Shown: piece after piece, positions 8,612 to 19,123 of the stretch | Layout of the letters: each line of letters opens with the position of its first letter | How positions within the stretch are numbered: position 1 is the first letter of the stretch | Assembly: GCA_051748065.1 (NCBI GenBank) | Contig: JBNJGZ010000003.1 | Span: forward strand, 1 to 38,504 | Length of the DNA: 38,504 bases | Origin: Bacteroidota bacterium | GTDB taxonomy: Bacteria > Bacteroidota > Bacteroidia > Bacteroidales > PWNQ01 | Direction: 5' to 3' | Made by a program: the position numbers and the translations under genes | The notes under the pieces: generated by a model | The model's input: only the letters and a program-made list of their open reading frames with translations | Database searches by the model: none | Told to the model about the DNA's origin: nothing

Positions 8612-9862
8612 ATGCTGTATTACTTGTTTGAATATTTGGATAAGACAATAGACCTGCCGGGTGCCGGAGTATTTCAATATATTTCTTTCCGGGCTGCTGC
8701 CGCTGTGATCGTTTCATTGGTCATTACGCTGCTTTTTGGCAAGCGGTTGATCAATTTTTTGCGCAGACAGCAGGTTGGCGAGTCCGTAAGAGACCTGGGG
8801 CTGCAAGGGCAGGTTGAAAAACAGGGAACCCCGACAATGGGCGGGTTAATCATTCTGGCAGCTATTCTTATTCCTACTTTACTCTTTGCACGCCTGGATA
8901 ATGTGTATATACAGCTTATGCTTTTTACAACCATCTGGTTGGGATTTATCGGATTTTTGGATGATTATATCAAAATATTTAAAAATGACAAAAAAGGTCT
9001 TGCCGGAAAATTTAAGGTTGTAGGGCAGGTAATACTCGGAATTGTGGTTGGTATTACTATGTATTTCAGTGAAGATATTAAAATAAGGGAAAAGATTGAT
9101 CATTCGGAAATAGTAGAAATGGCTGATGAGACCCAAGGGGAAATTAATAATGTTACTCAGGTATATGAAAAAGAAAGTGTTAAGTCTACGAAAACAACAA
9201 TTCCTTTTGTCAAGAATAATGAGTTGGATTATGCTGTATTGATTGAATGGATAGGAGAAGGGGCCAGGAAATATGCCTGGCTCATATTTATTCCTATTGT
9301 TATCCTGATTATCACTGCGGTTTCCAATGGAGCTAATCTTACGGATGGTTTGGATGGGTTGGCTACAAGTAGTTCGGCTGTGGTGGGAGGAACTCTGGCC
9401 ATTTTAGCCTGGGTTTCCGGCAACATCATCTTCGCCGATTATCTGAACATCATGTATCTGCCGGACACCGGCGAGTTAACCATTTTTATCAGTGCTTTTG
9501 TAGGGGCAACGATCGGATTTTTATGGTATAATGCCTATCCGGCCCAGATATTTATGGGAGATACAGGAAGCCTTTCTATCGGAGGTATTATTGCTGTATT
9601 TGCCATCCTGATCCGCAAAGAACTGTTAATCCCTATCTTGTGTGGGGTATTCCTGGTTGAGAATGTGTCTGTTATGTTGCAGGTAGCATGGTTTAAATAC
9701 ACCAAAAAAGCAACGGGTGTAGGTAAGCGGATATTTTTGATGTCTCCGTTGCATCATCATTATCAGAAAAAGGGATATCACGAAGCTAAAATAGTTATTC
9801 GATTTTTCATTGTCGCCCTGATGCTGGCAGTGTTTACGATTATAACATTAAAGTTAAGATAA
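8612..9862 (+). CDS. mraY: Phospho-N-acetylmuramoyl-pentapeptide transferase
   Basis: It is a polytopic membrane protein with [10 protein letters not shown] and MGDTGSL motifs and an HHHYQKKG segment. Confidence 0.93.
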   Translation: MLYYLFEYLDKTIDLPGAGVFQYISFRAAAAVIVSLVITLLFGKRLINFLRRQQVGESVRDLGLQGQVEKQGTPTMGGLIILAAILIPTLLFARLDNVYIQLMLFTTIWLGFIGFLDDYIKIFKNDKKGLAGKFKVVGQVILGIVVGITMYFSEDIKIREKIDHSEIVEMADETQGEINNVTQVYEKESVKSTKTTIPFVKNNELDYAVLIEWIGEGARKYAWLIFIPIVILIITAVSNGANLTDGLDGLATSSSAVVGGTLAILAWVSGNIIFADYLNIMYLPDTGELTIFISAFVGATIGFLWYNAYPAQIFMGDTGSLSIGGIIAVFAILIRKELLIPILCGVFLVENVSVMLQVAWFKYTKKATGVGKRIFLMSPLHHHYQKKGYHEAKIVIRFFIVALMLAVFTIITLKLR

Positions 9863-11205
9863 TGAATAAGTTCCTTGTCGTATTAGGTGCTGGTGAATCA
9901 GGCTGCGGAGCAGCAATTCTGGCGAAAAAAATGGGATACACCATTTTACTTAGCGATAATGGAACGATAAAAGAGAAATACAAAAAAGTTCTTTTAAATA
10001 ATGCGATTGATTTTGAAGAAAACGGGCATACGGAGGCAAAGGTCTTAAATGCGCAAGAAGTGGTGAAAAGCCCGGGAATTCCGGATCATATTCCACTAAT
10101 CAAAAAGCTAAAGAAAAAAAGAATACCGGTGATTTCCGAGATTGAGTTTGCCAACAGGTATTCCGGAGCTTATAAAATTTGTGTTACCGGAAGCAATGGA
10201 AAAACGACCACAACCCTGATGACGAATTACATCTTGCAGCAAGCAGGACTAAAATCCGTGGCAGCAGGGAACGTAGGAAAAAGCTTTGCAGCTGTTGTGG
10301 CTGAAGATGATCCGGAAATAGCTGTTTTGGAAATCAGTAGTTTTCAGTTGGACGGAATGTTTGATTTTAAAGCGGATATAGCTATTCTGACAAATATAGT
10401 TCCTGACCATCTGGATCGATATAATAATGATTTTCAAAACTATATCAATTCAAAGTTCAGAATTATACAAAATCAATCAGATAAAGATTATTTGGTCTAC
10501 AATGCCGATGATCCGGTGATAGTGGAAGAAATAGAAAAACGTAAGCCTGATGCTCAGCTTTATCCGGTTAGTTTGAAAAACCGGAATTATAGAAAAGGAG
10601 CATATATAAATGAAGAAAAAGAAATAATCATAAATACACAAAACAGCAGCATTAAAATGACATTAGAAGAATTAGCATTACAAGGAAAACACAACACCTA
10701 TAACTCTATGGCAGGAGGTGTTGCAGCCAAGCTTTTAGAAATCCGGAAAGATACGATTAAAAAGTGTCTTTCCGATTTCCAAAATGTAGAGCATCGTTTG
10801 GAACATGTGGGTAAAATCCATGATGTGAATTTTATCAACGATTCCAAAGCCACAAATGTAAATGCCACATGGTTTGCATTGGAGAGTATGAATAATCCTG
10901 TGATTTGGATTGCCGGTGGAATAGATAAAGGAAATGATTATTCCGGTATCAAAGAGTTAGTTGCTGAGAAGGTAAAAGGCATTGTATGTTTGGGTGTTGA
11001 CAATGAGAAGATCATCAATACGTTCTCCGAAGATGTGGAATTTATCGCTAAGGCAACAACGGCGGGTGAGGCAGTCAATGCGGCTTATTATATGGCTGAC
11101 CCGGGGGATAATGTTTTACTATCTCCGGCTTGCGCAAGCTTTGATTTGTTTGAAAACTATGAAGACCGTGGTAATCAGTTTAAAAATGCGGTAAAAGAAT
11201 TGTAA
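9862..11205 (+). CDS. murD: UDP-N-acetylmuramoylalanine--D-glutamate ligase
   Basis: It has the VTGSNGKTTTT P-loop, Mur ligase architecture and the expected dcw position. There is a TAATG stop/start overlap with mraY. Confidence 0.9.
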   Translation: MNKFLVVLGAGESGCGAAILAKKMGYTILLSDNGTIKEKYKKVLLNNAIDFEENGHTEAKVLNAQEVVKSPGIPDHIPLIKKLKKKRIPVISEIEFANRYSGAYKICVTGSNGKTTTTLMTNYILQQAGLKSVAAGNVGKSFAAVVAEDDPEIAVLEISSFQLDGMFDFKADIAILTNIVPDHLDRYNNDFQNYINSKFRIIQNQSDKDYLVYNADDPVIVEEIEKRKPDAQLYPVSLKNRNYRKGAYINEEKEIIINTQNSSIKMTLEELALQGKHNTYNSMAGGVAAKLLEIRKDTIKKCLSDFQNVEHRLEHVGKIHDVNFINDSKATNVNATWFALESMNNPVIWIAGGIDKGNDYSGIKELVAEKVKGIVCLGVDNEKIINTFSEDVEFIAKATTAGEAVNAAYYMADPGDNVLLSPACASFDLFENYEDRGNQFKNAVKEL

Positions 11206-11249
11206 AACTGATGCATTTCTTTAAATAAGTGTGAAAAATACAAAAACGA

Positions 11250-12413
11250 ATGTTACAAGAGCTATCAAAATATTTTAAGGGTGACAGGATATTGTGGATA
11301 ATAGCTGTTTTGCTGGCTGTATTTTCCTTGTTAGCTGTATATAGCTCAACCGGGATATTAGCTTATAACCAGCATGCGGGAAATACTGAATACTTTCTAA
11401 TCCGTCAGCTTATCATTTTAATACTCGGATTTGGAGTAATGTACCTGGCTCATCTTGTACCATACTGGTATTACTCCCGTATTTCACAGTTACTATTGTA
11501 TATTGCTATTCCTTTGTTATTGATCACACTTGTGTCAGGAACGACGATTAACCAGGCCAGTCGCTGGTTGACATTGCCCGGTACGGGGATCACATTCCAA
11601 ACCTCGGATTTTGCTAAGCTGGTATTGGTAATGTTTGTTGCCAGGAAATTAGCTAAAGGCCAGGAAAATATTCAGGATTGGAAGAATGGTTTCCGGCCGA
11701 TTATTATTCCTGTTTTAGTGGTTACTTTATTGATCCTCCCGGCTAACTTTTCCACTGCTGCTGTTATTTTTACCACTGCTGTTGTCATTATGTTTATCGG
11801 AAGAGTAAATATTAAATATATCAGCATAATGATTGGTTCGGGAGTATTGTTGTTATTGATTTTACTTCTTATAGCAAATATTAAACCTGAGGTTCTTCCG
11901 CGTATGGAAACCTGGACGGCACGGATAGAATCGTTTTCGGATGAGTCCCAAGAAAATTATCAGGTAAAACAATCAAAGATTGCCATAGCTACCGGAGGTT
12001 TATTTGGTAAGATGCCGGGAAAAAGTATTCAACGGAACTATCTGCCTCATCCGTATTCCGACTTTATATTTGCTATTATTGTTGAAGAATATGGAGCGTT
12101 AGGAGGAGGTTTTGTTGTCCTTTTATATTTAATGTTGTTATTCCGTGGAATAAGATTGGCAAACAAAGCACCCGGAACGTTCGGGGCATTTCTGGCCATA
12201 GGACTTTCATTTAGTCTGGTATTTCAGGCTATGATTAATATGGCTGTATCCGTTAATTTGTTACCCGTTACAGGTCAGCCTTTGCCATTGATCAGTATGG
12301 GTGGAACATCGATATGGTTTTCATGCTTAACGATTGGGATTATGCTTAGCGTAAGCCGTCAAACCGAAGATACAAACGAAGAAAAAAACAGCCATGCAAC
12401 ACAAAGAGCCTAA
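11250..12413 (+). CDS. ftsW: SEDS-family peptidoglycan glycosyltransferase FtsW
   Basis: It is a polytopic protein with SEDS blocks PHPYSDFIFA and GQPLPLISMGGTS, located between murD and murG. Confidence 0.88.
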   Translation: MLQELSKYFKGDRILWIIAVLLAVFSLLAVYSSTGILAYNQHAGNTEYFLIRQLIILILGFGVMYLAHLVPYWYYSRISQLLLYIAIPLLLITLVSGTTINQASRWLTLPGTGITFQTSDFAKLVLVMFVARKLAKGQENIQDWKNGFRPIIIPVLVVTLLILPANFSTAAVIFTTAVVIMFIGRVNIKYISIMIGSGVLLLLILLLIANIKPEVLPRMETWTARIESFSDESQENYQVKQSKIAIATGGLFGKMPGKSIQRNYLPHPYSDFIFAIIVEEYGALGGGFVVLLYLMLLFRGIRLANKAPGTFGAFLAIGLSFSLVFQAMINMAVSVNLLPVTGQPLPLISMGGTSIWFSCLTIGIMLSVSRQTEDTNEEKNSHATQRA

Positions 12414-13512
12414 CATAAAAATCCTTATCAGCGGAGGCGGAACCGGAGGTCATGTGTTTCCTGCTATTGCTATTGCAGAAGCGTTGAAATCCAGGCTGCA
12501 AAATGCAGAGTTTTTATTTGTAGGTGCGAAAGGACGTATGGAAATGGAAAAAGTCCCGGCTGCAGGTTATAAAATCGAAGCTTTGCCAATTGCTGGTTTT
12601 CAGCGGCGGTTGACAATGAAAAATGTAAGTTTTTTCTTTAAGCTTATCACCAGCCTATGGAAAGCCAGAAAAATAATCCGGAATTTTCAGCCGGATGTGG
12701 TCATTGGCGTTGGCGGATATGCCAGCGGACCTGTATTACGTGTTGCTTCAAAACGCAAAATCCCGACGCTAATCCAGGAGCAAAATTCTTTCCCTGGTAT
12801 AACGAATCGGATTTTAGCACGGTCGGTGGATAGAATTTGTGTGGCTTATGATAATATGGATCGCTTTTTCCCTAAAGAAAAGATATTTGTTACCGGAAAT
12901 CCTGTTCGACAAAATGTGGTGGAGATGAAGGCCAGCCGGGAAGAAGCGGCTCAATATTTTGGTTTAAACCCGGACAGGAAAATTGTATTAGCCATGGGAG
13001 GGAGCTTAGGTGCTCGCTCTGTGAATCAGGGTATTCATAATGCATTGGAGCAATTTCAGGAAAATGAAGTGCAGATTATCTGGCAAACCGGGAAGCATTA
13101 TATTGAACAGGCGCAGGAAGCTGTAAACAAAGGATTAACAAGACTTATTCATGTAACGGATTTTATCAGTCGCATGGATTTGGCTTATGCTGCGGCGGAC
13201 CTGGTTATTTCCAGAGCCGGCGCTATTGCGATATCAGAAATACAGGCTGTTGGCAAACCTGCTGTTTTTGTGCCCTCGCCAAATGTCGCCGAAGACCATC
13301 AGTATAAAAATGCTATGGCGTTAGTTAATTATCATGCGGCTAAACTTGTTGAGGATAAAAATGCACCGGAAAACCTGGGCAAAGAAATTATTAGGTTGAT
13401 CAATGACGATCAGGAATTAAGGAAACTAAATGATAATATCGCAAAATTAGCCAAAACAGGTGCAGCTAATACTATTGCAGGTGTGGTAATTGATATGATT
13501 AAAAAGAAATAA
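12394..13512 (+). CDS. murG: UDP-GlcNAc:lipid I N-acetylglucosaminyltransferase
   Basis: It has the GGGTGGHVFPA N-terminal glycine loop and a GT28 layout. It overlaps the ftsW end by 20 nt, and no alternative ATG lies before the G-loop. Confidence 0.92.
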   Translation: MQHKEPNIKILISGGGTGGHVFPAIAIAEALKSRLQNAEFLFVGAKGRMEMEKVPAAGYKIEALPIAGFQRRLTMKNVSFFFKLITSLWKARKIIRNFQPDVVIGVGGYASGPVLRVASKRKIPTLIQEQNSFPGITNRILARSVDRICVAYDNMDRFFPKEKIFVTGNPVRQNVVEMKASREEAAQYFGLNPDRKIVLAMGGSLGARSVNQGIHNALEQFQENEVQIIWQTGKHYIEQAQEAVNKGLTRLIHVTDFISRMDLAYAAADLVISRAGAIAISEIQAVGKPAVFVPSPNVAEDHQYKNAMALVNYHAAKLVEDKNAPENLGKEIIRLINDDQELRKLNDNIAKLAKTGAANTIAGVVIDMIKKK

Positions 13513-14865
13513 ATGGATTTTAACAATATACATACGGTTTATTTTGTAGGTATCGGTGGTATCGGTATGAGTGCTTTAGCTCGTTTTTTTCATCAAAAAG
13601 GAGCTGAGGTTTCAGGGTATGACCGTACACAAACTCCATTAACACAAAAGTTACAGCAAGAGGGTATTCAGGTTCATTATCAGGATGATATCAAAAAGGT
13701 TCCTGCCGATGCGGATTTATATGTTTATACTCCTGCTATTCCGCATGAAAATAGCGAGCTTTCCTGGATACGACAAAATATACATCAGCTCTATAAACGC
13801 TCGGAAGTTTTGGGTATGCTTTCGAAAAAATTCAAAACAATTGCTGTTGCCGGAACTCACGGAAAAACAACGATTTCTTCCATGATCACCCATTTATTGA
13901 TATCTGCCGGGAAACCGGTAAATGCTTTTATAGGTGGTATCTCTGTAAATCTGAATTCCAACTTTGTTTTTCGTGAAGGTGCAGAATGGATGGTAGTGGA
14001 AGCTGACGAATACGATAAATCCTTCCTGCAGCTTGAACCGGATATTGCTGTTGTTTCGGCGATAGATGAAGATCATTTGGATGTGTATGGCTCAGGATCA
14101 ACATTAAAAGATACTTTTGAGGCATTTTTGAACAAAACAACGGAACGTGGATTGGCTTATATCCATGAAAAAGTTCAAATCAGGGAACCCAAAGATGTGG
14201 AAGTAAAAACGTATGGTTTTTCAGCTCAAAATGACGTGCATGCTAACTTACATGATGTAGAGCATGGAAAGATGAATTTTACGTTTCATTTTCCGGAATT
14301 TACCGTTCAAAATCTTGAGATGGAAATGCCGGGAGAATATAATGTAGAAAATGCGCTTGCAGCTTCGGCTGTAGCTAAAGAATTGGGACTTGGTGCACAG
14401 GAAATCAGGGAAGGTTTGAAAAGCTACAAAGGTGTAAAAAGGCGGTTTGAAATTCGCGTTAACTCCTCAGACCATATTTATATTGATGATTATGCCCATC
14501 ATCCGGAAGAGTTATCAGCATGTATTAAAGCCGCCCGGTCGTTTTTTCCGGGCAAAAAACTTATTGGTGCTTTTCAGCCACATTTGTATTCACGTACGCG
14601 CGATTTTGCCGATGGATTTGCCCGGAGCTTGCAAATGTTGGATTATGTATTGCTCCTGGATATTTATCCGGCAAGGGAAAAGCCTTTACCGGGCGTATCT
14701 TCTCAAATGATCGCGGACAGAATGGACCCCGGAAAAGTTCGGGTGCTTTCTAAACAAGAAGTTTTAGAGTTTGTAAAACAAAAGAAGCCGGAGTTGTTTA
14801 TGACGCTTGGAGCCGGCGATATTGACCAATTAGTCGAACCTGTAACAGATGTTTTAAAAGATTAA
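13513..14865 (+). CDS. murC: UDP-N-acetylmuramate--L-alanine ligase
   Basis: It has the GIGGIGMSALA Rossmann loop and the AGTHGKTT P-loop. Confidence 0.92.
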   Translation: MDFNNIHTVYFVGIGGIGMSALARFFHQKGAEVSGYDRTQTPLTQKLQQEGIQVHYQDDIKKVPADADLYVYTPAIPHENSELSWIRQNIHQLYKRSEVLGMLSKKFKTIAVAGTHGKTTISSMITHLLISAGKPVNAFIGGISVNLNSNFVFREGAEWMVVEADEYDKSFLQLEPDIAVVSAIDEDHLDVYGSGSTLKDTFEAFLNKTTERGLAYIHEKVQIREPKDVEVKTYGFSAQNDVHANLHDVEHGKMNFTFHFPEFTVQNLEMEMPGEYNVENALAASAVAKELGLGAQEIREGLKSYKGVKRRFEIRVNSSDHIYIDDYAHHPEELSACIKAARSFFPGKKLIGAFQPHLYSRTRDFADGFARSLQMLDYVLLLDIYPAREKPLPGVSSQMIADRMDPGKVRVLSKQEVLEFVKQKKPELFMTLGAGDIDQLVEPVTDVLKD

Positions 14866-15647
14866 TGAACAGAAAAACACAAAATATCATTTTTTGGTTA
14901 ATTAGTATACCACTGATTATTGTCTTGTTGGGAATGGTAAGCCAACAGGAAAAGGAAAGACGTATACAGGATTTCCGGGTAGATATAGAATACCAGGGCG
15001 GTGATTACTTGTTTACTTCGGATGATATTGAAAAGCAGGTGTTAACAAAATTTGATTCATTGAAAGGCAAATCTTTACCACAAGTTCGAGAATCGGATAT
15101 CGAACTGGAAATTGAAAAAAATCCTTATGTGTTAAATGCTGAGGTTTATACTACGATTGACGGATTTTGCAACGCAGACGTCTGGCAGAGAAAAACTATT
15201 CTTCAGTTAATTGACCGAAGAGGAAAATGTGTGTATGTGGATGAAAATGGTGTTCTTATGCCTGATGGGAAAAAGCTCCCTGCCAGGGTTCCTGTAGCTA
15301 ATGGTAATTTCAGTCTGGATACAATACATCCGGATATTGATGATATAACAATTGAACAATTGAATAACAAGAGACTTGAGCATTTTTTCAAAATAGCAAA
15401 AGTTGTTCAGAATGATAAATTTTTAAATGCTTGTGTAGAACAAATCTATAACAATGAAAAAGGTGATTATGAAATTGTTACAAAACTCGGTCAGCATTCG
15501 GTTTTAATTGGTTCTATCAATCAACTGGGGCAGAAAATGGAAAAACTAAAAATTTTCTATCAGAATGCAAATGCACGTGGTGGCTGGAAACAATATGATC
15601 AACTGAATTTGAAATATGAAAATCAAGTAATAGGAAATAAAAAATAA
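14865..15647 (+). CDS. ftsQ: Cell-division protein FtsQ
   Basis: It has a single N-terminal TM helix (IIFWLISIPLIIVLLGMV) and a periplasmic POTRA-like body. It sits between murC and ftsA, with a TAATG overlap with murC. Confidence 0.7.
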   Translation: MNRKTQNIIFWLISIPLIIVLLGMVSQQEKERRIQDFRVDIEYQGGDYLFTSDDIEKQVLTKFDSLKGKSLPQVRESDIELEIEKNPYVLNAEVYTTIDGFCNADVWQRKTILQLIDRRGKCVYVDENGVLMPDGKKLPARVPVANGNFSLDTIHPDIDDITIEQLNNKRLEHFFKIAKVVQNDKFLNACVEQIYNNEKGDYEIVTKLGQHSVLIGSINQLGQKMEKLKIFYQNANARGGWKQYDQLNLKYENQVIGNKK

Positions 15648-15656
15648 GGATATATT

Positions 15657-16928
15657 ATGGACTCTTCAGAAATAGTTGTAGGTCTGGACATTGGAACAAC
15701 AAAGATAGCTACCATTGTGGGGCGTCGCAATGATCTGGGCAAAATAGAAATTCTGGGCTCCGGAAAAACGGAATCCATCGGTGTAAACCGAGGTGTCGTA
15801 TCTAATATTGAAAAAACCGTTCAATCGATTACAAAGGCTGTAAAAGAAGCGGAAGAGAAATCAAATGTGGATATCAAATATGTAAATGTCGGTATTGCCG
15901 GTCAGCATATCAAAAGTATCCAGCAGCGTGGAAATATCATGCGTAATTCATACGATGACGAGATCAGCTATGATGATATCGAAAAATTGATCGACAACAT
16001 GTATAAGCTGGTTATGCAGCCGGGAGAAGAAATTATTGAAGTTATTCCCCAGGAATACATCGTGGATGACGAGGCGGGTATTAAAGAACCTGTAGGTATG
16101 GCGGGCGTGAAGCTTGAAGCGAATTTTCACATTATAACGGGACAGATAGCAGCGGCAAAAAACATCAACCGTTGTGTGACTAAAGCCGGAATGAACGTGG
16201 AGGATTTAATTCTGGAGCCTTTAGCTTCTGCGGATGCTGTGCTCAGCGAAGAAGAAAAAGAAGCCGGTGTAGTACTGGTAGATATTGGGGGCGGAACAAC
16301 AGATATCGCCATATTCCAGGATGGTATTATCCGTCATTCAGCGGTCATACCGTTAGGAGGCAGTATTGTAACAGAAGACATAAAAGAGGGATGTTCTATT
16401 ATTAAAAGTCAGGCGGAAGCCTTAAAAGTGAAATTTGGTTCTGCATTGGCAGACAAAAACAAAGATGAGGAGGTGATTTCCATTCCCGGATTGCGGGGCA
16501 GACCACCCAAAGAAATTACATTGAAAAACCTGGCCAGTATCATTCAGGCCAGAGCTGAAGAAATTATCGAGCATGTCTATTATGAAATTCGCAATTCCGG
16601 CTATGAAAAGAAAATGATTGCCGGAATGGTGATCACCGGAGGCGGGGCACAAGTAAAACACCTTGCACAGCTTGCCGAATTCAAAACCGGCCTGGATACA
16701 CGCATTGGCTATCCCAATGAACATTTAGCCAGTAACGTTCAGGAGCAGATCACCAGTCCGCAGTACTCAACTGCCGTTGGATTAGTTATTCAGGGCCTTA
16801 AACGTATCGACCGTCAAAATGCACGGAATAAAACAAGTAAAGATAATGTTAAGAAAAAACGCGGTGGATTTTTTGACAACATTGTGCGGAAAGGAAAAAA
16901 TTTCTTTGAAGACGATGGTGTGAAGTAA
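15657..16928 (+). CDS. ftsA: Cell-division protein FtsA (actin-like ATPase)
   Basis: It has the phosphate-binding motifs VGLDIGTTKI and VDIGGGTTD and a basic/amphipathic C-terminus (KKKRGGFFDNIVRKGKNFF). Confidence 0.92.
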   Translation: MDSSEIVVGLDIGTTKIATIVGRRNDLGKIEILGSGKTESIGVNRGVVSNIEKTVQSITKAVKEAEEKSNVDIKYVNVGIAGQHIKSIQQRGNIMRNSYDDEISYDDIEKLIDNMYKLVMQPGEEIIEVIPQEYIVDDEAGIKEPVGMAGVKLEANFHIITGQIAAAKNINRCVTKAGMNVEDLILEPLASADAVLSEEEKEAGVVLVDIGGGTTDIAIFQDGIIRHSAVIPLGGSIVTEDIKEGCSIIKSQAEALKVKFGSALADKNKDEEVISIPGLRGRPPKEITLKNLASIIQARAEEIIEHVYYEIRNSGYEKKMIAGMVITGGGAQVKHLAQLAEFKTGLDTRIGYPNEHLASNVQEQITSPQYSTAVGLVIQGLKRIDRQNARNKTSKDNVKKKRGGFFDNIVRKGKNFFEDDGVK

Positions 16929-17033
16929 GATATTAACAATATCGAAAAAGTTTCTGTTAATAAAAAAACGCAATGAAATAGCACATTAGCTCAGATAGTA
17001 CGTATTTTTAACCTATAAATCAGACTGTCAATT

Positions 17034-18566
17034 ATGATAAAATTCGACCTACCAAAAGAACAATCATCAATTATTAAGGTATTAGGCATTGGCGGTGGTG
17101 GCGGCAATGCTGTTAACCACATGTATCATCAGGGTATCAAAGATGTAGATTTTCTAATTTGTAATACCGATGCCCAGGCTCTGGAAGATAGTCCGGTTCC
17201 GACCAAAATTCAACTTGGCGGAGCGCTTACTGAAGGACGTGGGGCAGGTTCCATTCCTGATGTGGGCAGAGAAGCTGTTTTGGAAAATGTAGAAGATATC
17301 GGAGCAGCATTGGAAAAGAACACCAAAATGTTGTTTATCACTGCCGGTATGGGTGGAGGTACCGGAACAGGCGGCGCTCCCGTAGTAGCAGCAAAAGCCC
17401 GTGAAATGGATATTCTTACTGTAGGCATTGTGACAGTTCCTTTCTCGTTTGAAGGAAGGAAACGCCGACAACAAGCTGAAGAAGGAATAAGGGAAATGCA
17501 GGAGAATGTGGACAGCCTTTTGATTGTCTCCAATGATAAACTGCGCGAACTATACGGAAACCTTAAGCTTTCCGAAGCTTTTAGTAAAGCGGATGATATT
17601 TTAGCTACTGCAGCTAAAGGAATTTCAGAGTTAATTACGGTTACCGGTCATATCAATGTAGACTTTGAGGATGTGAAAACCGTGATGAAAAACAGTGGCG
17701 TAGCTATTATGGGTATGGGTGTTTCCGGAGGAGAAGACCGCGCTATTAAGGCTATTGAAATGGCCCTTTCATCTCCTTTGCTTAATGATAACCATATTCG
17801 CGGAGCAAAAGATATATTGCTGTATATTGCCAGTGGTGAAGATGAAATTCAAATGGATGAAGTTTCGGAAATTACAGATTATATCCAGGATGAATCCGGT
17901 GCTACGGCTGAAATTATCTGGGGTAATGGTGTAGATGAAACCTTAGGTGATAAAATAGCTGTTACTGTTGTAGCAACAGGTTTCCAGTCTGACGGAGTAG
18001 AAGCTACAGCCCCGGGGGAACACAAAGAACCTGTGGTTCATAAGCTGACCGAAGAACAAAAAAGTCAGAAGAATCAAACGGCAGAACAGTCTGAGTCTTC
18101 AGAAAACGAATTTGAACTCTATACAAGAGAAAAGACACCCGAGGCTTCTGATGAATCCGGCTCGAACAATAATGAACCTGATGAATTTGGCTTCCGGTTA
18201 CATACAAAAGCATCAAAATCACCCGGCGAGAAAAAGGCGGAATCTGCCGTCAGTGATTATAATCAGGAGGATGATACACCACAAGAAAAAGAGCATTCCA
18301 AAACAGTAAAAAGAATTAGTGAACCGGAACCGAACTTTGATTCTGAGGAACGTATTAAAAAATTACGGGAATTAAGTATGAAAATCAAAACCCAGGATGG
18401 TCTGCAGGAAGCGGAAAATGTGCCCGCTTTTGTTCGCCGGAAGGTGCAGTTAAAACATACAAGACCATCTTCTGAATCGGAAATTTCTCGCTTTACACTT
18501 ACAGATGAGGATGAAGATATGGATGTTCAAAAAGGAAACTCTTATTTGCACGATAACGTTGACTAA
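17034..18566 (+). CDS. ftsZ: Cell-division GTPase FtsZ with a long acidic linker and an extended C-terminal tail
   Basis: It has GIGGGGGNAVN and the tubulin signature GMGGGTGTGGAPV. A C-terminal-peptide-like VPAFVRRK is followed by about 40 more residues ending NSYLHDNVD. Confidence 0.95.
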   Translation: MIKFDLPKEQSSIIKVLGIGGGGGNAVNHMYHQGIKDVDFLICNTDAQALEDSPVPTKIQLGGALTEGRGAGSIPDVGREAVLENVEDIGAALEKNTKMLFITAGMGGGTGTGGAPVVAAKAREMDILTVGIVTVPFSFEGRKRRQQAEEGIREMQENVDSLLIVSNDKLRELYGNLKLSEAFSKADDILATAAKGISELITVTGHINVDFEDVKTVMKNSGVAIMGMGVSGGEDRAIKAIEMALSSPLLNDNHIRGAKDILLYIASGEDEIQMDEVSEITDYIQDESGATAEIIWGNGVDETLGDKIAVTVVATGFQSDGVEATAPGEHKEPVVHKLTEEQKSQKNQTAEQSESSENEFELYTREKTPEASDESGSNNNEPDEFGFRLHTKASKSPGEKKAESAVSDYNQEDDTPQEKEHSKTVKRISEPEPNFDSEERIKKLRELSMKIKTQDGLQEAENVPAFVRRKVQLKHTRPSSESEISRFTLTDEDEDMDVQKGNSYLHDNVD

Positions 18567-18582
18567 TAAAAGACGATAAGTT

Positions 18583-19038
18583 ATGTCACTGGAAAAGAAG
18601 ATTAATGATGACATCAAAGCCGCAATGATTGCGAAAGACAGAGCAAAATTAGATGCTTTGCGGTCTATTAAATCGGAATTGCTGATTGCCAAAACAGGCA
18701 AAGACAAAGATGAATCCGGAGAAATTCCGGAGTCTGTTGAATTGAAACTGTTGAAAAAACTGGCTAAACAACGGAAGGAGTCTGCCGAAACATACAAAGA
18801 ACAGGGACGCCAGGACCTGGCCGATGATGAGCTTTTTCAACTGGAAATTATCGAAAGCTACCTGCCTGAACAATTGAGTGATGAAGAAATTAAAGCAGGA
18901 GTTCAGGAAATTATAAAAGAGACAGGAGCGTCATCCATGAAAGAAATGGGAAAAGTTATGGGGCTGGCTTCTAAGAAATTTGAAGGTAAAGCTGATAACA
19001 AAAAGGTTTCTGAGATTGTGAAATCTTTGTTAGGTTAA
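18583..19038 (+). CDS. GatB/YqeY-domain protein
   Basis: It is a 151-aa helical protein whose N-terminus (INDDIKAAMIAKDRAKLDALRSIKSE) and C-terminus (MGKVMGLASKKFEGKADNKKVSEIVKSLL) are typical of the YqeY family. Confidence 0.8.
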   Translation: MSLEKKINDDIKAAMIAKDRAKLDALRSIKSELLIAKTGKDKDESGEIPESVELKLLKKLAKQRKESAETYKEQGRQDLADDELFQLEIIESYLPEQLSDEEIKAGVQEIIKETGASSMKEMGKVMGLASKKFEGKADNKKVSEIVKSLLG

Positions 19039-19060
19039 AAAAATACTTACGAATAATGTG

Positions 19061-19092
19061 AAAAGGGCGGGAAATGATTTCCGCCCTTTTTT
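19061..19092 (+). terminator. Rho-independent terminator after the yqeY-like gene (end of the dcw transcription unit)
   Basis: There is a perfect 10-bp stem, AAAAGGGCGG (19061-19070) with CCGCCCTTTT (19081-19090), followed by a T run. The A run on the 5' side makes it potentially bidirectional. Confidence 0.8.
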
Positions 19093-19101
19093 GATATTCA
19101 C

Positions 19102-19123
19102 CATATAAGCCATAAAAGGATTG
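19102..19123. repeat. Left copy of a 22-bp direct repeat CATATAAGCCATAAAAGGATTG
   Basis: It matches 19452-19473 at 20 of 22 positions (hand alignment). Confidence 0.75.

Noticed and set aside
7138-9862. Absence of murF between murE and mraY as evidence of a deletion or misassembly.
   Set aside because: The murE stop and mraY start are only 13 nt apart and both genes are intact. To my knowledge murF is normally outside the dcw cluster in this phylum.
16987-17000. A tRNA-like D-arm string TAGCTCAGATAGTA in the ftsA-ftsZ spacer.
   Set aside because: There is no T-loop (GTTCRANYC) and no acceptor complement within the 105-bp spacer, so it is not a tRNA gene.
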